64,000 nucleotides of DNA from the human T2T-CHM13v2.0 reference genome, Homo sapiens. The translations under genes were made by a program, and so were the position numbers. Below the pieces are notes generated by a model. That model made no database searches. It was given only the letters and a program-made list of their open reading frames with translations, and had not been told where the DNA came from. The stretch lies in the NCBI RefSeq assembly GCF_009914755.1, contig NC_060925.1; one strand, given 5' to 3'. Positions within the stretch are counted from its first letter, which is position 1; the number at the start of each line of letters is the position of its first letter. Of this stretch, positions 1 through 14,864 are shown in pieces.

Positions 1-379
1 TTGCAACACTCAGTGTTCTGCAGCAAATTATTTTCTCTTTTAATGACATTTATTTTTACCAAAACACTAGCATGCTGTGTTTATCTAGACGTGACACCTC
101 TTGTAACACTCTCTTCTCTTCAGTTTTTTAAAAAAACTTATATATATTTTTTTCTTTAAAAGTTGATTATATAGAAAAATTGCCTGAACATTAGAAGAAA
201 GCAATTGATAGACATGTACTGCTTTAAATATTTTGAGAAGCATCTGGAATAAGTTCAGTCTTAGTCACTTTCTACACTTTTCTGACCTTCAAGATGAGGC
301 TCAGTATATATCTAAGGAGTAGTCAAGAAGGAATAAATGAATAAATGAGTTCCCCCATTGTGCTGGTTTTGGTGCCCAC

Positions 380-487
380 CATAAATCTCTGCAGAGGATT
401 ATTTTTCTTTGGCATCCATTGCTGTTATATGATTCCTCATGCTCTTCTCCCATTCTCTGCCCAGTTTATAGTTGTGGGTGAAATGTC
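380..487 (-). other. Candidate non-coding exon (108 bp)
   Basis: The minus strand reads CTGAT (branch point)-TCCCTTCTTTTTTTTTCCCACAG|G at 487. Possible donor ATG|GTGGGC at 380/379. All three frames contain stops. Confidence 0.3.
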
Positions 488-1243
488 CTGTGGGAAAAAA
501 AAAGAAGGGAATCAGCAATTATGCAAAAAGCTACAATGTAGTACAAAGACTATTGCCACATAAGAGGAAACTATTATGTTTGTTAAAAATACAAAGAGAG
601 GAAAATGGCTCTTAATTTGAGTCCCACATGTACCATTTCAGTTTTGTTACACTGAGAAAAAGAGATTTAAAAGTAAACTACATATATTTTTCTCGAACAT
701 TTGTGAGCTGACTGAATAATAAAAACAAAACTCCTGATGAAGTCAGAATTATAATTACTAGCATATGGCATAAACACACTCTAAACCTCCGTTTTTCCAG
801 ATTTATAATGGGAACAAAAAAAGTAACTGCATCATAAGGCACATTGTAACCACAGTAAATGTTTGCTATTATTAGCATTCAAAAATTCACATTTTTAACA
901 AACCATCCTTGTAACATCCTCAGAGAAATAAATGTTCGAAGTGCATAAAATACATAAACAAACATACAAATATTCAATAGATGACTGAATCTACATAAAA
1001 TAAAAAATAGGTTTATTTTTGTTCTAAATGATTGCACATTTCTATGTATATAAAGAAAATACAACTTTTCTGAAGAAACCCTAAACTTAAAGAAAAATTG
1101 CCTTGTATGCAAAATAATTTGACTTTATTCTTTTATTTCAAATATGCATACTTTCTCATATATTACAAAAATGAAAATTTTTTGATTTCAGTGCTATTTT
1201 GGGAAAGTCTCAAAACTGTATCCTACTCTCTGCCTCAGATTTT

Positions 1244-1546
<303 letters not shown>

Positions 1547-2380
1547 TCTGCCCCAGCTTTTAATAAAAATTCCACTTTTATAATTTCTATATGCAATGCA
1601 TTAATAGTATATGTGAGTCTCACTTTTTCCCAATTGATGATCAATAATCCTATTTGTCTATAATTGATTGTCAATCCCATTTCCTGAAGTAATCCTCTTA
1701 ACGTTGTTGTTAAATCTCCTTAGCCTTGCATCTCCAACATGCTTCCTTTATTTTTGCAAATAGTATTTATTATTTCAAAAAATATGAGGCCACTGGATAC
1801 ATCTTTCACTCAGTTTTCTCTTTCTCCCTCTTGCTTCATCTCTTCCATCTTAGACAGAAAAGTATCATTTCTCTCCTTTAGACTCTCTTCTCTAATGAGC
1901 TTGTTCTATTTTATTTACTTTCTCTGCAAATTCATTCCATGTCCTATACTCTCTGATTATGACTTATTCCACATATTTATCTCTTCCATAAACCCACAAC
2001 ACATTAGTAACCTTATAATAATAAATAGCTTACCTCCTATCTTCCTATTATTCCTGCCACCATATCATTTTTTTACTTATATATTCACAGTCTTCTTGAT
2101 TTTGAGATTTAAAATACATGTGCTGCCTCCACATTTTGATGTTCCCTTTTCATTATATAACTACCGAATTTATATATAATGAGACAGCATTATGAGTCCT
2201 TTAAAAACTTAATCCAATGGATTATTTTATTATCCTACCTTGCAAGAGCACACCTTGCATGCTCCTATTACCTACAAGAGTAACTATTTTATTCCACAGG
2301 TAAAAGCTAGCATTATTAAGATTTTCCCATCCTCCTTATATAATTGAGCAATCTGGCTTCTGGTTAAAAATCTTGGTGTG

Positions 2381-2785
2381 TATATGTGCCATATTTTCTT
2401 CATCCAGTCTACCATTGATGGACATTTAGGTTTATTCCATGTCTTTGCTATTGTGAATAGTGCTGCAGTGAACATACACGTGCATTTGTCTTTAAGACAG
2501 AACAATTTATATTCCTCTGGGTATATACCCAGTAATGGGATTGCTGGGTTGAATGGTAGTGCTGTTTTTAGGTTTTTGAGGAATCACCACACTCTTTCCA
2601 CAAAGGTTGAACTAAGTTACATTCCCACCAACAGTGTATAAGTGTCCTTTTTCTTCCCTTTTCTCCACAACCTCGCCAGTATCTGTTATTTTTTTGACTT
2701 TTTAATCATAGCCATTCTGACTGGTATGAGATGGTATCTCACCTAAAATAAAATAAAAGTTAAAAAAAACAACAACGCCAACAAC
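2381..2785. mobile_element. 5'-inverted (twin-primed) L1PA/L1PB 3' fragment
   Basis: Antisense L1 ORF2-end sequence at 2381-2741, then sense CCTAAAATAAAATAAAAGTT plus an A-rich tail. Imperfect 15-bp TSD at 2366-2380 and 2786-2800. Confidence 0.8.
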
Positions 2786-3789
2786 AAAAACCTAGGCGTG
2801 ATTTTTCAGGCCTGACATTAGGCAATGATGAAGGCTTTACTGCAGGGTCTCTCCTCAGGAAACCCTGCCCTCCCTAACCAGCTGGGATAAACAGCCAGTG
2901 CACTATAATCTCTGAAAGGAGTTGCAGTCAAGGACTCTGAACCCCCTGGTAGGTCATGCTCTTTCACATATTTACATGCCTCTTTCATTTCTAGGTCTCT
3001 TTATCTGAGGCCTTGCACAAAAATATTTTCAGGTATCTCCCAAAGTCTGTTAATAGGAGGAGGAGGGAGGAAACCTTGAGGACACTTTCCCCAGTACTTA
3101 GTACTTTTCTACTCCTATATCTCCCTCTTACTCTACCCTCAACTCAGATTCCATAGAACTGCTGGAGTCTTTTGTTGAGACTTCCTCAAAAGTGAGGCAG
3201 CCTCCGTGTCTGTGCTGACCCACCTGACCCTGGACCAGCCTCACATTCCAGGAAGGAAATGGGACAGCGGAGTTGGCATTTTTTCAGTTTTAAATTCTTG
3301 CCTGTCACATTGCAGTAAGTCATTAATTGGCTTGTTGCTTTGATTGGCTATTCTAATATTTGGCAGCTCAGCTCTCTCCCAGCTCAGGTGACTCCTGATA
3401 CCAATCACACAGATACTGAGTACCTCCTTGGTGCTAAGTCCCAAACTATTTTGTCTTATTTTACATTCACACACTGCTACAGAATAAGCAAGGCATTTCC
3501 ATCCTATCAAGTTCTTCGACAGTTTGATCTACTCATCACTGCAACATGTTCAGTGTCTTGCGGAGAGATCCAGAACGCCTGAAAACTATTAGGAATATTT
3601 GAGTTCCTGTTTTGACATTCAATCTGGTTTATTTCACTCTCTCTAACGGCAGTATTATATACCCCATAATCTGGGGCAATGGTCACAGCTTTATTCATCC
3701 TCCTTTCATTGGTAAGAAGTCTTGTTACAATTTCTTTCAGTAAGCCTCCATAATATGTTAACCATTTCTTGTTGTTTTTATCATAAAGG

Positions 3790-4180
3790 TGTTAAGAAAA
3801 GACAATGGAGACAAAAGGAAAATTTTATTTTTCAAAAGCAATCTACAGATTGGAAATAAGTCATAGCCTTCAGTGCAAAAACTGTGTGCTCTGAGGAGGG
3901 GTTGGAAAGTAGATTATTATAAAGGCAAAAACTACAGGATGGATGGGTATGTGGAGGGGAATCAGGTACTAGGACTGGGTTGGATGGTTTTTGTGAGAGA
4001 CATTATAAGTCTCTTTTTATTGGCTGACCTCAGGTGATTTGTTGGTGTTCATTTGAAAAATTTCCAGCTACAGTCTATCTCAGCGTGGACAACAGGAACT
4101 GGTTCACTGGTTTTATTTGACTGTAGCAAAGGTATTTTTCATGCCTCAACTTAGCATGAATAGCTCTGAAAACTAAGCAC
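3790..4180 (-). mobile_element. 3' LTR (partial) of the MER4-group provirus
   Basis: Begins TGTTAA and aligns colinearly with 7607-7900. Right boundary approximate. Confidence 0.7.
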
Positions 4181-4601
4181 GACTACTTTACCTGAGGGCC
4201 TTTTACAAACACTTTCTTTGGCTTTTTTCTTTTAAACCAAAAATACCTTTTCAAGTGATTCATGAAAATTAATAAGCCTCAACTAAGGTTATGGCAAACT
4301 AGTCATCTCTAAAGATGTGCAAAACAGTCCTCACAAGATCCAGAACCACCCTAAAGGCAGTTCAAAGAAATAAAATTCTTCTTCCACAGATGGATTCTAA
4401 CCCACGTTTCTGTCCAACCATATTTTCTGGCATCTCAGCTTCTCAGCTGAGTGTCCAATCATAAAGGCCCCAAGTCCCCACATGCCTTACAGAAAGTAAA
4501 AGATAAGAAATCAAAAGCTGTCCACAGAAGGGAAAAGAAAAACAAATGGATACCCCAAAAGTTTAAGGGTCATGCAAATAATTTAAAATAAATAGGATCG
4601 G

Positions 4602-4673
4602 TACCCTGATGGAGACTCAAACTAAGACCACAGCAATAAGAGTAGAGAATCTTAGTGACTAGACTATAGGATG
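4602..4673 (-). pseudogene. Decayed tRNA-Glu(CTC)-like sequence inside the ERV internal region
   Basis: Ungapped hand alignment to a recalled human tRNA-Glu-CTC reverse complement gives ~42/70 identities. Most mismatches are transitions or CpG decay. Confidence 0.55.
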
Positions 4674-5095
4674 GAGTGCTTTCTAATAAATCCTGTAGAG
4701 AATACAAGGCAAGGAGTTTAAGCATACAAAAGATTTTAACTTTGTTTTAGGTCAAACTTTTGCTCTTTAATTTTGCCAAGACAATTTCTAGGGCAAGCTG
4801 TAACATTTATGTGCCTTTTATTCAACTTAGACTTTATATAAATACAAATAAATGAACTGTTTACTATGAGAGAGCTCTAAAATCTTTTTATTAGGAGTCT
4901 AATTTAAAGAATCTTCTAGCCATTGACAATGGAATTTTCAATGGTATATTTATTTCAATGAAGACTCCAATACTTTCTTCATGAAAAGCCCAGGATGTAA
5001 TTTTCCAGTTTTAGAATAAGTTCTTGCCAGTTGAGATAAGGTATTTCCTGTTGGCACACATGGTTAAGAATGGCATTTATGCATACATTACCTCT

Positions 5096-5343
5096 TGTAC
5101 TAGTCCATTCTTGCATTGCTATAAAGAAATGTCTAAGGCTGAGTAATTTGTAAGAAAAGAGGTTGAATTGGCTCATGGTTCTGCAGGCTGTACAGGAAGC
5201 ATTGGCATCTCCTTCTGGTGAGGCCTCAGGAGGCTTATAATCATGTTGGAAGACAAAAAAGGACCAGGCACATCACTTTGTGAAAGCAGAAACAAGAGAG
5301 TGTTGGGTGGGTGGATGGGGGGACAAATATTCAAACTATATTA
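5096..5343 (-). mobile_element. MSTA/MSTB MaLR solo LTR, internally deleted
   Basis: MST termini TGTACTAGTCCATTCTTGCATTGCTATAAAG...CAAACTATATTA. 5-bp TSD CCTCT at 5091-5095 and 5344-5348. Only 248 bp long. Confidence 0.85.
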
Positions 5344-6168
5344 CCTCTTGCAACCCGAAAGGGGGGTTGGGGCTGCCAGTCACAGATCCACTAATCTGTG
5401 ACACCATGTAGGTCCTTTTGGGATTGGACTTTCCCAGGACTAACTGGGCAAAAAACGTTGAGATGACAAAAGCCCTCAGGGATGGGGTTTCTTAGGACAG
5501 GCTGCCCCCAAAGCATGACACGTTCAGAACAAAAGCATGTTGCTTAAAATCTTACATGCCCTGGCTTCCCAGCCATTTTCAGACTGGCCACCTGACATAA
5601 CCTGAAAATAATTCCCTCCCCCGATGGCAGACATTGAAAGAAAGTGCTCCTACTTGGCCACAAGTCAAGCCCTCAAGGACATAAGAAAAGAGAAGAACCT
5701 CATCTAATTTTTTTTTGAGGACCCAAGGCAAAGTTTGTACACCAGTCTGATCAAGTCTGCAAACTGATCATTCTTCAGGGCTGGCTTGAAAAATGGTCTT
5801 ATAATAGTTGTCCTCTCATGTTCTATGCTGTGGTATACCTCATTATGATAGGACAAAACAGGAAGACAAAGACAATGGGATAGACTATGTCTGAGATTCA
5901 AATGGATTAAACAATATGAATATTCATAACAAAACTTACTAAAAAACACAAGTGCTGCTATACCCATGATTATTCACACCAATCCTTTTCTCCCACTAAT
6001 TAAGATACTGTAGAGAAGACATACTGACTTTTACCTTCTGCTTGACTAGATCCCAGAGTATTAAGAGTCTGGGAGCCTGACTAGTAAGAGAATCTTAATC
6101 TTCTGCTGGCTTGTCAGGTCCTGAGTTCCCTTCACTGTGGCTTTAAGAAAAATGGAGTGGCTTTGTTC

Positions 6169-6186
6169 ATCCTGATTACAGTGCCA
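6169..6186 (-). promoter_or_regulatory. Retroviral primer-binding site, tRNA-Ser type
   Basis: Minus strand TGGCACTGTAATCAGGAT versus the tRNA-Ser PBS TGGCGCTGTGAGCAGGAT (15/18). Lies 4 nt after an LTR end at 6191. Confidence 0.65.
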
Positions 6187-6190
6187 AAAC

Positions 6191-6332
6191 TGTAAAGGCC
6201 AAGGGAAAGCTTCCCCCTTGCTCTCTGAATATTCAATGAAAAATCCAACTCACAAAGAAGATTTATGGGGGAAATAGCATATAAATGTATTAATGTGCTT
6301 ATGGGGGAGAACCACAGAGCAATTATACCCTT
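6191..6332 (-). mobile_element. Truncated second MER4-group LTR (MER34/MER49/LTR29-like)
   Basis: TGTAAAGGCCAAGGGAAAGCTTCCCCCTTG...GGAGAACCACAGAG resembles the antisense U5 end of MER4-group LTRs and abuts a PBS. Confidence 0.6.
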
Positions 6333-6693
6333 CTTAGAAAACAAAACATCACAAGGAAAACTTACCCTTTTGCCAAGGAGAGCAAGTAGTTGAATAAAAC
6401 TCAGGACCATCAAAGAAGTGGGAGGTCTGAAATCGAGGAAAGACTCACCCAGTTGTTTGCAACCATGGAGGAGTCAGAAGGGCTCAAAGGGCCTATGCTG
6501 TAACTGGGGCATTGAGTTCCCACAGTGTTCCAGATGATGAAGATGGTGGTGAGAAGAAAAAAGTGGAAGTGGAATGCAGGGTGTGGGTGGGGCAGGGAGG
6601 TATAGGGCTCTCCATCTTAGTGTCTGGGAGCCTTTCAAGTATTTGGAGATATTATTTGTCTTTAGATTAGTCTCCTTTAAAAACTTGGACAGA

Positions 6694-7013
6694 GGCCAGG
6701 CTTGGTGGCTCACACCTGTAATCCTGGCACTTTGGGAGGCCGAGGCAGGCAGATCACGAGGTCGGGAGATCGAGACCATCCTGGCTAACGCGGTGAAACC
6801 TCATCTCTACTAAAAATACAAAAAATTAGCCGGGCGTGGTGGTGGCCACCTGTAGTCCCAGCTACTCAGGAGGCTGAGGCAGGAGAATGGTGTGAACCCA
6901 GGAGGCAGAGCTTGCAGTGAGGTGAGATCACACGGCTGTACCCCAGCCTGGGTGACAGAGCAAGACTCCGTCTCAAAAAGAACAAAAACAAAAACAAAAA
7001 CAAACCAACAAAA
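6694..7013 (+). mobile_element. AluY SINE
   Basis: Y-type GAGACCATCCTGGCTAAC and GAGAATGGTGTGAACCC. Perfect TSD AAAAACTTGGACAGA at 6679-6693 and 7014-7028. Confidence 0.95.
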
Positions 7014-7606
7014 AAAAACTTGGACAGATTCCCAGTTGTAACTGGAGCTTTCAGAAGTGCTGAAATCCCCTTATTATCTTTGAGAGGTGCAGACTCCTCT
7101 TTGTTTTAATTTGATTTTAAAGTTTTACATTTTAAAAACTGCCAGAGTACCTGATGGTGGTTGGTCAGAGACTGAGCCACCGAAATGGCAGCTGGTTAGA
7201 GACCTTTCCCTTAGAACCCAGGTTACCCATAGCACTCAACTTATGTAGATGTCCCTTCAAGTCCAAACAAAGTGTGAGCATCCTCACAAAACTGAAGTTT
7301 TGACTAGCTTACCCCACAAAGCCTGAGTGTACCCCCAAAAGGGTGAGCAAACCCTGCAAAGTGCAAGTGTAGTCCATAAATGGGTACCCTGTGGAGCCAG
7401 ATGGGAAGGCTGTCTGAAGAAAATAAAGTCGCTGAGACCTCAGCTTAAAACAGATCTTGGATCTGAGAGGGTCTACCTGATTCCTCCCCAACACAGCAGG
7501 GAAACAACTGAACATAAAGAGCTCACATAGGGGTCAATGTATTGGTCTGGTTGGCATTGGGAATGAGCTTGGTGCTGCTTCAGATCCAATCCTTGTCACC
7601 ATGAAA

Positions 7607-9889
7607 TGTTAATAAAATACCTGAGATGTGCAGAGACAAAAGGGAAATTTTGTTTTCTAAAAGCAATCTACAGATTGGGAGGATGCAGTCTTTTAAGTGT
7701 GCCCTGAGCAGGAGTAGGAAAGTAGAAGATTATAAATGCAAAAACCATAGAATGAGGGAATCAGTTGCTAGGTTGGATTGGATGGCCTTTAAACAAGACT
7801 CACAATTATATTTACTGGCTGGCTTCAGGTGGTCTGTTGGTGGTCAGTTGGGGAATTTCCAGCTGCCGTCTATCTTGGCACAGAAAACAGGAACTAGTTT
7901 GGCTTGTCCCAAGGGAGGTCCTGTAACATCTCTACATTTTTCTGAGAATACAGAATATATGCTCATTCTCTTATTCAGCTGTGGCTGCCTAGTTCTGTCT
8001 GTTTTAATGTCTAGATGGCGGTGACAGCCCATCTGGGGCGGCTGCCAGCTTCAGTAGGGGAGATGTGGCGGGGCTTCAAGCCCCATGGAGCAAGCGGGGT
8101 CCAGGAATAGTTGATCCAAGCAGGAACACCGTGCCTACCAATCTGGCAGTGCGGGAACCCGTGCTCCTGGGCACAGCTGCAACCACCCAGCTGTGTCTCC
8201 GGACCCAGGCATCCCTGTACTCTTGGGGGCCCAAGAAGCCCCCTGCCCCCACATGCTCACAAGTGCCTGCTGCTTCCTGGTCTCTTCTCACTCTGTGCAC
8301 CTGCTCCAGTGCAGAGCAAGGTTGTGGTCGAGCCCGGGTGCTGTTGCAACCTGGACCGGTGTGCGCATACTTGGGGTGGTGCTGACATGCCAGCCCCATC
8401 CATGCTGCCTTGGCCCCCTCCAGACTTTGGGCATCATTGAGCACAGGAGGGAGGCCAGGGGGCTGAAGGCAGCTCAGTGTGGGCCTGCAGATGCCCCTTG
8501 GTGCTGACAACCTGGGCATTGTGGACAGCATGATAATGGCTGTGGGAGGCAGCCTAGGAGGGAAGGAGCAGGAGGGAAGGAGCAGGTCCCTGGTGAAACC
8601 CAGCCTTCAAGCCAGGGAGACCTGAAGCATGGAGCCTGGGCTGAAAATTCAGGGTGAAGTCTGTGACCCAGAGTGACAACTTTCTGGATATCTTTCAGCC
8701 AATTGAGTAGTGCTTTTATCAGGACCACCCAGGGCCACCCATGGACCAATCAGCATGCACTTCCTCCTTTCTGAGCCCTTAAAAACCCCAGACTTAACCA
8801 CACTCATACTCTCCTTGGAGCGACCTGCCTGTGGATACAAACTACCAATTGCAGGTCTAGTCTCTGCTGGGAGCTGTTCTGTCAGTCAGTAAAGCTTCTT
8901 TCTGCCTTGCTCACCCTCCAGTTGTCTATGTAACCTCATTTTTCCTGGACTCCGGACAAGAACTCGGGACCTGCCAAACGGCAGGAACTAAAGGAACCGT
9001 TACACGTTCCTGGCCAGCTCAGCAAATTTTGGGTGGTGACACGCTCCTGGACTGCAAGGGTGAAGAGCAGCAACGCTTCTGGGGGCCCAGACTTCGAGAT
9101 TTCCCCAAGCCACAGCTGCTGGAACACTATAGCCCTCCCGCCCTCTGCCAGCACGGGGCAGCTGCCCCACGCAATAGAAAGCAGCAGCAAGGCAGGGCCA
9201 GCCTAGGAGCCATGAGCCAGAGCAGGGCAGTGGAACTAAAAGAGCTGTAACACAAATGGGCTGAAACATGCCCCACCGAAACACACCTTAGTCCCCGCTC
9301 ACCATGCTGCAGGTGACGAGAAGGGGAGAAGAGCTGTGGCCACCTTCTGGGAGCTCAGACCTCGGAGCTCCCCAAGCCAGGGCTATGACACACTCTAACC
9401 CCCTCTTTGGGACTCTGCAGTTCCTGGCATCTCTAAGCTTTCTGGAACCACCACATTCCCCTCATCCACACACCAGTGCCCATAGTGGAAGCTGCTTGCA
9501 GCAGATCTGGTCCAGCTGCAGCCTCGCATGGAGCCAATGCCTGTGCCAGTGGCTAGAGCTGCCTCCCCACTACAGCAGCCATTGTGCCTGGCTGTGTGCA
9601 TTGGCCGGACTCCATGCTTGCTCGCTCATACACCTCTCGCTATTCAGTGCCTGGCTCGCCATCGGCAGGTGTAGGATCCAAGCTGGTAGCATGAGCTGAG
9701 CACAGCCTGCTGGGCCGAGTGGGTAGAACAAGCCCAAAGGGCAGGAGCAAAACCCAGGCAGAGGCACTGCGGACCTAAGAGGTTTCCAGCTGGTGAACTG
9801 ACACCCTACGGATCCTGTTACATTAATAAGCACATCAGTAAGCCATGGGCAGTCCATTTTCTTCTGTTAGGTGAGGGCATATTTTAAAA
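7607..9889 (-). mobile_element. 5' LTR of the MER4-group provirus, interrupted by MER52
   Basis: Homologous to the 3790 LTR. Adjacent PBS-like TGGTGACAAGGATTGGAT (His or Leu, ambiguous). LTR sequence resumes after 9826. Confidence 0.7.
8008..9822 (+). mobile_element. MER52 (probably MER52A) solo LTR
   Basis: 1.8-kb GC-rich LTR with MER52 motifs (GGACCAATCAGCATGCACTTCCTCC; GATCCTGTTACA end). TG..CA termini and 4-bp TSD TTAA at 8004-8007 and 9823-9826. Confidence 0.9.
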
Positions 9890-9931
9890 AAGGAATCTAG
9901 CATTTGGCTACCTCTGTTTGCTTTAGAACCT

Positions 9932-10312
9932 TTCTATGGTTTGACTGCTTGTCCTGGCAAAAATTCATGCTGAAGTTTAATTGCCATTTTAATGGTATTG
10001 AGGGACAGGACCTTCAAAATGTGTTTAGGTATGAGAACTTTGCCTGCATGAATGGACTAATAGCACTATGAAGAGAGTGGCTTCCTTTTTGTGAGTGCAG
10101 GTTCACCTCCTCTTGCTATTTCTGTGGCACTCTTTTTGCCCTTTGCCATGTGATGCTTCCCACCATATTAAAACATGGTAAGAAGGCACTTGCTAGATGC
10201 TGGCACCTTGATATTACACTTCCCAGCCTCCAGAAATGTGAACCAATACGTTTCTGTTCATTATAATTGACCCAGTGTGTGGTACTCTGTTATAGCAGCC
10301 TGGACTAAGACA
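9932..10312 (+). mobile_element. MST-family (MSTB1/C/D) MaLR solo LTR
   Basis: CTATGGTTTG start and GGACTAAGACA end. TSD AACCT/GACCT. Confidence 0.85.
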
Positions 10313-10976
10313 GACCTGAAATATAAAACTTCTAGGCATTTCTGTTTATTATTTTGTGTTTCTTTATGCATTTAGCAGATTTTTTTATTTTAAAAATAAA
10401 TTTGTTTTAAATCTCTCTTATATTTTGTTTTCCATTGAATTTTTTCTTGTCAGTAATTTTTTCTTTTTATATTTAATAATGATTATTTTTGTCAGTAATT
10501 ATCAGAAATACAACCTCCATATAATTGAAGTGTTATAAATGGAGAATTAGAAGGAACTGAGATTTATACACATTTTTTTATGAAAAACAACTAACCAATA
10601 TTTTTGCCTAAAAACAAATGTGTCCTTTTTTCAGATTCCATGACTATAAAGGTCAGTTTTCAATACCATTCCCTACATATTTTCAATCCCATGCAACTAC
10701 ATTTCAAATAAATTCATGAAATTTTGATTATAAGCTGTCATTATTCAAGTATATACTTCTAAATTTTTTTTTATTATACTTTAAGTTTTAGGATACATGT
10801 GCACAATGTGCAGGTTAGTTACATATGTATACATGTGCCATGCTGGTGCGCTCACCCACTAACTCCTCATCTAGCATTAGGTATCTCTCCCAATGCTATC
10901 CCTCCCCCCTCCCCCAACCCCACAACAGTACCCAGAGTGTGATGTTCCCCTTCCTGTGTCCATGTGTTCTCATTGT

Positions 10977-14801
<3,825 letters not shown>

Positions 14802-14864
14802 TATGATGTTAGCTGGTTATTTTGCTCATTAGTTGATGCAGTTTCTTCCTAGTCTCGATGGGCT

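Larger units (their letters stand above)
3790..9889 (-). mobile_element. Degenerate MER4-group (ERV1) provirus, nested and chimeric
   Basis: Homologous LTR ends start at 3790 and 7607 (GAGACAAAAGG..AAAAGCAATCTACAGATTGG at ~3809 and ~7633). PBS-like sequence at 7583-7601. Leader splice donors at 6360, 6443 and 7307. Candidate 4-bp TSD AAGG at 3786-3789 and 9890-9893. Confidence 0.75.

Noticed and set aside
1739-2179. 146-aa hydrophobic ORF
   Set aside because: T/C-rich low-complexity sequence giving an F/L/S/I-biased peptide, probably an antisense ancient LINE remnant.
2800-3280. Possible old LTR fragment
   Set aside because: The composition is LTR-like, but I could not identify termini, a TSD or a family.
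8065-9857. Cluster of overlapping 60-150 aa ORFs
   Set aside because: They lie within the GC-rich MER52 LTR, where stops are rare, and show no recognisable domains.
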